From NCBI RefSeq assembly GCF_031180885.1, contig NZ_JAPSLK010000027.1:4089-28088 (forward strand): DNA of 24,000 nucleotides, given 5' to 3'. Under the pieces are notes generated by a model, which saw nothing but the letters and a program-made list of their open reading frames with translations, was not told the DNA's origin and searched no databases. Positions 15,843 to 22,628 of this stretch are shown piece by piece (the stretch's first letter is position 1; every line of letters starts with the position of its first letter). A program made the position numbers and the translations under genes. The DNA is from Saccharothrix sp. (lineage in GTDB: Bacteria > Actinomycetota > Actinomycetes > Mycobacteriales > Pseudonocardiaceae).

Positions 15843-18065
15843 TCAACCGGACTGTGTACCCGATCGCTCGCCGATCGGGTCGCGGTCCGGTTGTTGTTCT
15901 GTGTCCGTGGGGGCGGTGGCGGCGTTGGCGAAGATCATCAGTTTCAGGCTGGGATGGGTGCGCTGGGTTTCGGGATGGTCGTCGCCGAGAAGGCGTTCGC
16001 GGATGGCCAGGACTTCGCGGAGTTCGGCTTCGGCGGCGGCGAAGTGGCCGCGTCTGCCCAGGACGACGGCGCGGGCGTGACGGACGTCGAGGGTGTAGCG
16101 GTGTTCGGGACCGAAGGTTCTCGTGTACGCGGTGACCAGGCTGTCGTAGTCGGCCGAGGCGGCCTCCAGGTCGCCTTGGTCGTCCAGGTACCCGGCGATC
16201 TGGTAGTGGGCGAACAGCACGGCGGAGTGGTCCGGCCCGAGCGCCTGGCGTTGCAGGCGCAGCACTTCACGTGCCTCGGCTTCGCCGTCGCCTCCGTCCT
16301 GGGTCATGCGCAACCACGCGAGCATCTGCCGGACGTCGAGGGTGTCCGGGTCCTCGGCGCCCATGACGCGTGTGCGGACCTTGAGCAGGTCGAGCAGTTC
16401 CTCTTCGGCGAGGTGGGTGTCCCGCTCGGCCAAGGCGAGTGCGAGCGTGTAGCGGCAGCTGAGCGTGTCGGGGTGTTCAGGGCCGAACGTGCGCTCGAAG
16501 TCCTCCACCAGCGCGCGGTACTCCTGCTCGGCGGCGAAGTGGTCACCGCGCTTGTACAGGATCGTCGCCAGGGCCATGCGGATGTTCAGCGTCTCCACGT
16601 GCTCGGCGCCGAGTACGTCCAGGCGTGAGGCCAACACTTTCCGGTACAGCGCCTCGGACTCCACGTCCAGGCCGACGTGGTAGCAGAACATCGCGGCGGC
16701 CCACGAAATTGCGTCCGGTGTGCCCTCCGGCATGCAGTGCGGCAGCATCGCCCGCCACATCGGCCATACCTGAGGGTCGCTCGGGTCGTGCGTGGAGGTG
16801 CCACGTTCGAGTAGACGCCAGCGGACCTCGTCCTGCGAGGTGGTGTCGCCGTGGTGGAGGTTGGCCTCACGCACCAGCGGGTGCAGGACGACGACGTCCA
16901 CCGGGTCGCCGGAGCGGTACTCGATCAGGCCGAATCCGCGCAGGTCCTCCAAGAGCGTGGCCAGGTGGTGAGCGGTGAGACCGGCGAAGAGGTCGGAATC
17001 GGCGAGGATCCGGGCGTCGAGCAGCGCGGTCGGGATGGGCATCTGCTCGAAGGTGGACAGCAGCCGCAGCAGCGGGCGGGTGAGCGGCGCTCCCCGTTCG
17101 GCGAGCAGGTCCAGACTCAGTTCCCACGTGCGGGACAGCAGCTCACGTTCGCTCTGGGCCGTGGTGCCGGCGAGATCCAGGCCGTCGGCGAGAGCGACCT
17201 CGTACTCGGCGAACGACCGGGGCGTTGCGGCGCCCGGGACCGTCATCATCGTGCTGGTGGACTTCAGGTAGGTGCCTGCCAGCCTCAGCGCCAGCGGCAG
17301 TCCGCCTAGCCGCGTCGCCAGCTCGCGCGCCTCGGCGAGGGTGCCTGCGTCGGGGGCCAGGTCCAACAGCACGGCGGCGGCGTCCTCGACGTCGAGCACG
17401 CCCACCGGTACCAGGCGGTACCGGCCCCAGGTGGAGGAGCGGCTGTCCCTGCTGGTCACGATCACGGTCCCGCTGGTCGGCGGCCGGCGCAGCCAGCCAC
17501 GGCCCGCGGTCAGCCGACCTTCGGGGGCGAGCAGTCGCGGGTCGTCGGCATTGTCGAGCACCAGCAGCCACGCAGCCGGGTAACCGGCCAGCCCGGACCA
17601 CAGCAGGTCGGTGGCCGAGGCGTCGCCCGACCACGCTGCGCGCACTTCATCCGGTAACGCGCCCGTGCGCAGCGCGACCTCGCGCAGGCCTTCAGTGACA
17701 CTGGCCGCGCTCGTGGCGTCGACCCACCACACGTGATGGGAGTGGGCGACCAGCTTTGCCAGTTCGGCCGCGACGGTGGTCTTGCCGTAGCCCCCGTTGC
17801 CGTGCAGCACCACGACCTGACCGCCTTGTCGTACCGTGGCAACGAGTTCTCCCAGCAGCTCGCCGCGCCCGCGGACGGTGTGGGTGACGTCCTCGGGGAC
17901 CGCCAGCGAGGCAAGTCCGGGGCCGCGGGCTGCGCTGTCGCTGCCCAGGTAGAGGTCGCGGCCTGCCTGGTTGAGCATCGCCCGGTCGAGAGCTACGCCG
18001 AACTGGCCTAAGTCGGTCATCCGCCGAAGGCTACTGCGCGCCGGGGCACAGGGTGCGGCGGTCAC
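15843..18065 (-). CDS. STAND NTPase: NB-ARC domain + C-terminal TPR array, no recognisable effector domain
   Basis: Walker A VVLHGNGGYGKTT, Walker B WLLVLDNADD, VIVTSRD, and the GLPL motif RLGGLPLALRLAG. At least 5 TPR_10/12-type repeats follow (FGPEHPDTL, MGAEDPDTL, LGPDHSAVL, FGPEHRYTL, LGDDHPETQ). Start is GTG at 18065 or ATG at 18020 (MTDLGQFG...); neither has a strong RBS. Confidence 0.85.
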   Translation of the reverse strand: MTAAPCAPARSSLRRMTDLGQFGVALDRAMLNQAGRDLYLGSDSAARGPGLASLAVPEDVTHTVRGRGELLGELVATVRQGGQVVVLHGNGGYGKTTVAAELAKLVAHSHHVWWVDATSAASVTEGLREVALRTGALPDEVRAAWSGDASATDLLWSGLAGYPAAWLLVLDNADDPRLLAPEGRLTAGRGWLRRPPTSGTVIVTSRDSRSSTWGRYRLVPVGVLDVEDAAAVLLDLAPDAGTLAEARELATRLGGLPLALRLAGTYLKSTSTMMTVPGAATPRSFAEYEVALADGLDLAGTTAQSERELLSRTWELSLDLLAERGAPLTRPLLRLLSTFEQMPIPTALLDARILADSDLFAGLTAHHLATLLEDLRGFGLIEYRSGDPVDVVVLHPLVREANLHHGDTTSQDEVRWRLLERGTSTHDPSDPQVWPMWRAMLPHCMPEGTPDAISWAAAMFCYHVGLDVESEALYRKVLASRLDVLGAEHVETLNIRMALATILYKRGDHFAAEQEYRALVEDFERTFGPEHPDTLSCRYTLALALAERDTHLAEEELLDLLKVRTRVMGAEDPDTLDVRQMLAWLRMTQDGGDGEAEAREVLRLQRQALGPDHSAVLFAHYQIAGYLDDQGDLEAASADYDSLVTAYTRTFGPEHRYTLDVRHARAVVLGRRGHFAAAEAELREVLAIRERLLGDDHPETQRTHPSLKLMIFANAATAPTDTEQQPDRDPIGERSGTQSG

Positions 18066-18092
18066 ACGAAGGACCCGAAGCCGTGTTCAGGC

Positions 18093-19190
18093 TCACCGAT
18101 TGCGCGTGTTGCTGGCATGAGGCGTCTTTGCCACGGTCCCTGGGTTTCCGGCTGTCACCACGCTGAGTGCCTGGTACAGCTCGTGGAGGTCCTTCTGCGC
18201 TCCCTTGCGGCCCCGTCGGTGTTCCGGGCGGCGCACGTCGGGGAACTCGGCGCGCAGGTCGTCGAGCACCGCTCGGACCACCCGGGCGCCGCTGGCGTGG
18301 AAGAAGGCCCGCATCGCGGCGCGTTCCTTCTCCGGCATCAGGTCCGGGATCACCGGGACAGCGTCCGGCTCGTCCAAGGCCAGTTCGAGGCGGTTCTTCT
18401 CCAGACCGGGGATCGGGCGGCGGAGCACGCCGTAGTTGGGGTTGTCGAACCTCCGCCGCTGCCGGTCGATGAACGCCCTGACCGTGCGCGCCTGGTCATC
18501 GGTCGCGACGCCCCACTGCTTGAGCACCGTCCAGGCCGTGGTGTTGTCGCCGCTGGTGTCGCGGCCGTGTTCCTCTTCCAGCAGCTTCCGCAGTTGGTTC
18601 AACGTCCTCGTGCGTGCGGGGCCGATCGAGCCGACCGGCATGTTCAACGATTGCGCGACGTCGGCGTAGCTGGTCCCGGAGCTGGTCAGCAGCCTCAGCA
18701 GCTCCTGTCCTCGCTCGGGCAGTCGGGCGAATGCTCGCCACAGGGCGGCGTGGTCCTCGTCCTGCACAAGGCCTGTTTCGGGGCTTTCGACGACGTGGGT
18801 GCCGGCGGCCGTCTGCTCGGTGACCAAGGACGAGGCCACTCTGTCCAGCGCGACCTGTGAGGACCGCAGGCGCTGCGCAATGCGACGCGCGGTGACGACC
18901 AGCCAGCCCGCCAACGACTTCGGCTCCTGGATGCGCTGCATGTGGTCGAGCAGGGCCAGCCAGGTGCTTTGCACGACGTCCTCGGCCTCGGGCTGGGTGC
19001 ACCCGGCGGCGCGGGCGACGTGCCAGATCAGCGGGGTCAGTTCGGCTACGAGTGCGTCGAGCGCGGCCCGGTCGCCGTTCTTGGCGTCGGCGAGCAGTTG
19101 CGCGTGGCGAGCGTGTCGGTCGGTGTTGGGCACGCCGGTGTCCCGGTCCCGAACGTTCGGGACCGGGACACCGGCGGCCGTCGAGCCCAT
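18093..19190 (-). CDS. ECF-type sigma-70 family factor with ~160-aa C-terminal extension of unknown function
   Basis: Region 2: ALDALVAELTPLIWHVARAAGCTQPEAEDVVQSTWLALLDH...AGWLVVTARRIA. Region 4: LPERGQELLRLLTSSGTSYADVAQSLNMPVGSIGPARTRTLNQLRKLL. About 160 further residues have no motif I recognise. The ATG lies 1 nt after the upstream TGA, indicating translational coupling. Confidence 0.8.
   Translation of the reverse strand: MGSTAAGVPVPNVRDRDTGVPNTDRHARHAQLLADAKNGDRAALDALVAELTPLIWHVARAAGCTQPEAEDVVQSTWLALLDHMQRIQEPKSLAGWLVVTARRIAQRLRSSQVALDRVASSLVTEQTAAGTHVVESPETGLVQDEDHAALWRAFARLPERGQELLRLLTSSGTSYADVAQSLNMPVGSIGPARTRTLNQLRKLLEEEHGRDTSGDNTTAWTVLKQWGVATDDQARTVRAFIDRQRRRFDNPNYGVLRRPIPGLEKNRLELALDEPDAVPVIPDLMPEKERAAMRAFFHASGARVVRAVLDDLRAEFPDVRRPEHRRGRKGAQKDLHELYQALSVVTAGNPGTVAKTPHASNTRNR
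19133..19176. repeat. 44-bp perfect palindrome (22+22) inside the 5' end of the sigma gene
   Basis: cgccggtgtcccggtcccgaac|gttcgggaccgggacaccggcg. I checked base by base that the second half is the reverse complement of the first. It covers codons ~5-19 (AGVPVPNVRDRDTGV), and both strands encode VPVPNVRDRDTG. Confidence 0.95.
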
Positions 19191-19191
19191 C

Positions 19192-19386
19192 TCAGGCGCC
19201 GTGCGGTGCCAATGTGGTGTTGAGCGTCAGCAGCACGAGCATCGCCAGCGCGCCGAGCAGCACCGCGGGCTGCGCGGTCTCCCACCCGGTGCCGAACATG
19301 AGGACGACCACGACCCACACGGGGCTGGGGCGCGGCAGGGTACGTTCGAGGCCGCCCACGGGTGTGGGCGGGGACAGTCGGAACAT
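19192..19386 (-). CDS. Small (64-aa) two-TM membrane protein, first gene of the sigma/STAND operon
   Basis: GGAGA lies 7 nt upstream of the ATG at 19386. Sequence MFRLSPPTPVGGLERTLPRPSPVWVVVVLMFGTGWETAQPAVLLGALAMLVLLTLNTTLAPHGA. Its stop is 1 nt from the sigma ATG. The longer 19192-19653 ORF in the track is an implausible upstream extension. Confidence 0.55.
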   Translation of the reverse strand: MFRLSPPTPVGGLERTLPRPSPVWVVVVLMFGTGWETAQPAVLLGALAMLVLLTLNTTLAPHGA

Positions 19387-19404
19387 CTCGATCTCCAGTT
19401 GTGT

Positions 19405-19454
19405 GTTCGGACGGGAAGCCCGCCGCCCCGCTCCGGCCAAGAAGACTGAGGACG
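19405..19454. repeat. Direct repeat copy A (~50 bp), directly upstream (on the minus strand) of the small-protein RBS
   Basis: gttcggacgggaagcccgccgccccgctccggccaagaagactgaggacg. Matches copy B with 2 substitutions and 2 small indels. Confidence 0.9.
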
Positions 19455-19520
19455 AAGGACTCGTGGGGATCAGTCTGGCGGTTGACACTGTCAGGGGAAC
19501 CGCGACAGTCGCGCCGTGAA

Positions 19521-19538
19521 GTGTGATCCTCATCACAC
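19521..19538. promoter_or_regulatory. 7-4-7 inverted repeat GTGTGAT-CCTC-ATCACAC between the two direct repeats (possible operator)
   Basis: Perfect arms seen directly. The smaller palindromes GACAcTGTC (19484-19492) and GCGACaGTCGC (19501-19511) lie nearby. Function is not established. Confidence 0.3.
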
Positions 19539-19626
19539 GAGTAACGTGACCGGGGACCGCCGGAGCGCGCACCTTTCCACTGTCCGGATCGATGGTCCGG
19601 CACCCGAACACCGGTTTCCGCTGGTA

Positions 19627-19677
19627 GTTCGGACGGGAAGCCCACCGCTCCACGCTCCGGCCAAGAGACTGAGGACG
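19627..19677. repeat. Direct repeat copy B (~51 bp)
   Basis: gttcggacgggaagcccaccgctccacgctccggccaagagactgaggacg, starting 222 bp from the start of copy A in the same orientation. Confidence 0.9.
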
Positions 19678-19758
19678 GTGGGCTTCGCTATGCCCAGCGC
19701 TCGTTCGTCCGGCTGGACTGGTGCGAGCGCGGCCGTTCTCGGCCGCTGCCTCGCGGGC

Positions 19759-19905
19759 TCAGGGTGGCAGTAGAGCCCACACGATCTGGTCTCGTTGGTC
19801 GTCTTGGACCGCCCTCGCAACGAGCCACGCGGTGAGGAGCGCTCCCCGCTTGGCGTAGTTCCGCACGTTGATCTTGTCGTGCCGAGCGTTGTTCGGTTTG
19901 GTCAT
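19759..19905 (-). CDS. Small hypothetical protein (48 aa)
   Basis: Strong RBS GAAGGAGGTGG lies ~7 nt before the ATG. Sequence MTKPNNARHDKINVRNYAKRGALLTAWLVARAVQDDQRDQIVWALLPP. The ATG overlaps the stop of the upstream small ORF (ATGA). Confidence 0.5.
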   Translation of the reverse strand: MTKPNNARHDKINVRNYAKRGALLTAWLVARAVQDDQRDQIVWALLPP

Positions 19906-20075
19906 CGGCGACCACCTCCTTCGTCCTGCTCGTCGTCGGCTACCAGTTCGGCCCGGAACATGCGTTCTGCTTTCCGGCCGATCCATCCTGCTGACAACCA
20001 CACTGCGAAGGCGGTCCCGAGCGACCACAGACTCGTGGGATCCACTGCTCCCGTGGCGAAGAGTTCGACTGCCAC
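19902..20075 (-). CDS. Small hypothetical membrane protein (~57 aa), below the ORF-track length cutoff
   Basis: GTG at 20075 (or TTG at 20081) opens VAVELFATGAVDPTSLWSLGTAFAVWLSAGWIGRKAERMFRAELVADDEQDEGGGRR*. It has one TM helix and an acidic tail. Its TGA overlaps the next ATG. Translated by hand. Confidence 0.35.
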   Translation of the reverse strand: MAVELFATGAVDPTSLWSLGTAFAVWLSAGWIGRKAERMFRAELVADDEQDEGGGRR

Positions 20076-20278
20076 CCTCAACCCGCGAGCACCGACCGAT
20101 CATATCGCGCGACCCGGGCCCGGCGGAGGGTCTCGCGGGGAGTCGATCCTTTCCCGGGGCTGGGGCCTTCCGGGCCGGTGTTAGGCACGCAAGCGCGTAG
20201 TCCCGTCCCTAAACGGCGTTCCTGGGACGCTCACGTCGCCCTGATCCGGCCAGAGCCTGTGTGCTGGCGTGGCGGTGT

Positions 20279-21457
20279 TCATCCGAGCCAGCCGTGGCGT
20301 CGAAGCGTCGGAGCGCGGTTGGCACAGTGTGGCGAGCAGTAGCGCCGCCTCATTCGGTGTGCCGCGTCGTCGAGGCCGGTGCCGCATACCGGGCAGCAGC
20401 CGCGGGCGATGCGCGTGGCCAGTTCTGCGAGGAGGTGGTCGACGATGATGCGTTGTTCCGGCGTCGGGACCGAGTCGGCCGGGCAGGCGGGGTGGCTCAG
20501 CAAGCTGGCGAACACCGTGCGGAAGTCGCTCAGGTCTCGGCGGCGGGCGCCGAGCAGGTGCAGGTAGTCCTCGACGGGCCAGCTGACCAGAGCACCGGCG
20601 CGGGTGAGGTACACACCCACCGCGTCGATCTCGTAGTGGTCTCCGTAGTCCATCAGGGCGTAGCCGAGCAGTTGCTGCATGGTGAGTTGCGGGAAGTCGT
20701 GGATGCGGCGGGTGCTCTTGAAGTCCAGGAGCAGGCCGTCGACGATCAGGTCGGCGTCCGCGGTGACGTGGTGGCTTCCGTCGAAGGTCGGTCCTGGGTG
20801 GCAGCGATTCGGCGTCGAGGCAGAGCGCAGTGCGGCGAGTGGGCCGTGCTGGGCGAGGTCGAGTTGCGCCAGGACGTCGTCGACGAGGTCGTGGTGTGGG
20901 ATGGCGAGCATCCGCGGCAAGGTGAACCCGCCGGGGTCGGCGATGACGGCCTTGAACAGCGGTGTCTCGGGAAACGCGATCGGTACTCGGTACCGCAGCG
21001 CGTACCAGGCGGCGACCAACAGCATCCGCGCCAGGCGTTCTTCGTCCTCGTCGACACGGGTGAGGGGCCGGCTGCGGTCGTCGAGCGCCAGGTCGGCGAC
21101 GAGTGCGGTGATCGCGGCGATCAGCTCGCGACCGAGAGCGGCCAGCACCGTGTTCACGTGCGCGCGGTGTCCGTAGAGGTCCGGCTCGGACGCGTACTCG
21201 TCACTCAGCAGGACGCCGGCTCGGGTGGCCAGGTCGACCGGGTCGGCGGTGGTGAACGCCAGGCGCAATCGTTGATCGACCGCCGTTCCGACGGTTCCGG
21301 CCTCGTTTCCGACGCCCTCGCCCGGCAGCACCAGGTGCGGGGTCGCCAGCCGAGCACGGTAGTTCGCGCGCAACGGCCGCGTGCCGGCGGACAACTCACG
21401 ATCCAGGAACCGCCGGAGGGGAGTCTGCGGCGATCCCAGTCCCGACGTGAGACTCAT
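20279..21457 (-). CDS. PD-(D/E)xK (RecB/Cas4-like) nuclease-family protein with C-terminal zinc ribbon
   Basis: Motifs in canonical order: ...TADADLIVDGLLLDFKSTR (D ... D-x-K), then QQLLGYALMDY (QxxxY). C-terminal CCPVCG...YCSPHCANRA. I prefer the ATG at 21457 (MSLTSGLG...); the track's GTG at 21511 is an alternative. Confidence 0.7.
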   Translation of the reverse strand: MSLTSGLGSPQTPLRRFLDRELSAGTRPLRANYRARLATPHLVLPGEGVGNEAGTVGTAVDQRLRLAFTTADPVDLATRAGVLLSDEYASEPDLYGHRAHVNTVLAALGRELIAAITALVADLALDDRSRPLTRVDEDEERLARMLLVAAWYALRYRVPIAFPETPLFKAVIADPGGFTLPRMLAIPHHDLVDDVLAQLDLAQHGPLAALRSASTPNRCHPGPTFDGSHHVTADADLIVDGLLLDFKSTRRIHDFPQLTMQQLLGYALMDYGDHYEIDAVGVYLTRAGALVSWPVEDYLHLLGARRRDLSDFRTVFASLLSHPACPADSVPTPEQRIIVDHLLAELATRIARGCCPVCGTGLDDAAHRMRRRYCSPHCANRAPTLRRHGWLG

Positions 21458-21557
21458 GGGCGGACGGTATCGAGCACCACCGACAAAAAGTCGTCTGTGC
21501 CGGTCGACCACCCCGTCGTGGTCACACGTCCGGTGGAACGCCGTTCTCGCCGGGTGG

Positions 21558-22238
21558 TCAGATCAGGGCGGAGAGGTCGCAGTCGCCGTCGGTGGTGCCG
21601 CAGGCGGTGCAGCGTTCCGGCCGTTCCGTGGTGCCGCCGATGCTCTCGAACGACTCGCCTTCGGCGGTGTTGATCGCGCCGCAGAGGGTGCACCGCAGGT
21701 CGTCGGTGTTGTCGACGGGGGTGAACAGCGGTTCGCGGGGTGTGGTGGTGGTTGTTGGGTGGACGAGGGTGCAGTCGGGGTTGTGGTGGGCGGGGTCGCG
21801 TGCGTGGTCGGCCAGGTGGGTGTGGGTGCGGGGGTCGAGGTGGTTGCCGAGGTCGGTGAGGGTGGCGATGCGGGTGAGTGGGATCTGGGTGGTGCAGTCC
21901 GGGCAGGGGGCGAGGAGGAGCCATGCCTGGCCGGGGGTGGTGTGGTCGGGGATGAACTGCCATGTGCGGCCGGTGGGCGGGTCAGTGATGGTGATCAGGT
22001 CACCGGGGACCGGTCCGGTGCGGGTGGGGTAGGTGCGGTGTGGGTCGTCGGTGACGAGGACGGCGTCGACGGGGACCTGTAGTGCGGTGGCCAGGGTGCG
22101 GGTGACTCGGGCGCGGCGTGCCCAGCGGTTCCATGTGTCCTGGGTGTCGTGGCGGTGGCGGAACCCGTCGGGGTCGGCGGCGCGGTGGGCTCGTGCGGCG
22201 CGTACGGCTCGGACGGCGAGGCCGGGTGTGGTGGTCAT
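21558..22238 (-). CDS. Hypothetical Cys-rich protein (226 aa) with C-terminal CxxC...CxxC ribbon
   Basis: MTTTPGLAVRAVRAARAH... reads as real coding sequence with C-rich third positions. Cysteine motifs: CPDC, CTLCG...CTACG. The ATG at 22238 overlaps the stop of the upstream 85-aa ORF (ATGA). The track's extension to 22430 is Pro/Arg-rich junk. Confidence 0.6.
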   Translation of the reverse strand: MTTTPGLAVRAVRAARAHRAADPDGFRHRHDTQDTWNRWARRARVTRTLATALQVPVDAVLVTDDPHRTYPTRTGPVPGDLITITDPPTGRTWQFIPDHTTPGQAWLLLAPCPDCTTQIPLTRIATLTDLGNHLDPRTHTHLADHARDPAHHNPDCTLVHPTTTTTPREPLFTPVDNTDDLRCTLCGAINTAEGESFESIGGTTERPERCTACGTTDGDCDLSALI

Positions 22239-22492
22239 CGGGGCCGGCCGTGGTCGGGTGGGGCGGTCCAGATGTGGTCCTGTGGGTCCCAGACGGCTTG
22301 GGTGAGGAGGCGGGCGAGGTCGGGGAGGCCGGGGCCGATCATCCAGCCGAGTCGTTCGCAGTCGAGGTGGCCTGGCCACCAGCCGGTCCACGTGTCCTGG
22401 CCGGAACAGCCGACCACCCCATCCGCCCACACGTCGCCAAGATCGTCATGCGCATCCTCGATCGGCGCGGTGCCGAACACCTCCCCACCCAA
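22235..22492 (-). CDS. Hypothetical small acidic/Trp-rich protein (~85 aa)
   Basis: ...FGTAPIEDAHDDLGDVWADGVVGCSGQDTWTGWWPGHLDCERLGWMIGPGLPDLARLLTQAVWDPQDHIW... is protein-like in composition. It is translationally coupled (ATGA) to the next gene. The start (TTG at 22492 or GTG a few codons in) is uncertain. Confidence 0.45.
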   Translation of the reverse strand: MGGEVFGTAPIEDAHDDLGDVWADGVVGCSGQDTWTGWWPGHLDCERLGWMIGPGLPDLARLLTQAVWDPQDHIWTAPPDHGRPR

Positions 22493-22628
22493 CCTACACC
22501 GCCACTACGCCGGTTCACTCGTGTTCGGCGACGAGACCGGTTCCCGGGACGGACCTTGGTACCCACACAACCTCCACAAACGCCCTCGGCCGAAACCAAT
22601 CCCGACGGACAACGGGAAGTGAAGGGAA

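Noticed and set aside
15843-18065. The NB-ARC/TPR protein as an Avs-type antiviral STAND.
   Set aside because: Avs proteins carry an N-terminal effector such as a nuclease or protease. Only ~60-80 residues with no domain precede the P-loop here, so I report it as a sensor/regulator candidate instead.
19192-19653. The 153-aa ORF spanning both direct repeats, and the 290-aa version of the 21558 gene (to 22430).
   Set aside because: The upstream portions are compositionally non-coding (Pro/Arg/Ser runs) and run across repeats. Internal ATGs with an RBS or ATGA coupling give much more plausible shorter genes.
20100-20278. A GC-rich intergenic stretch with GAGTCGATCC and CCGGGCCCGG elements, as a possible tRNA fragment, att site or terminator.
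   Set aside because: I could not build a cloverleaf or T-arm (no GGTTCGAATCC-type loop), there is no U-tract after any hairpin, and it has no partner repeat in the window.
15891-21673. Long plus-strand ORFs opposite the STAND, sigma and nuclease genes (15891-16628, 18117-18860, 18799-19449, 20261-21673).
   Set aside because: Same shadow-ORF pattern. The opposite-strand frames carry NB-ARC/TPR, sigma region 2/4 and PD-(D/E)xK motifs.
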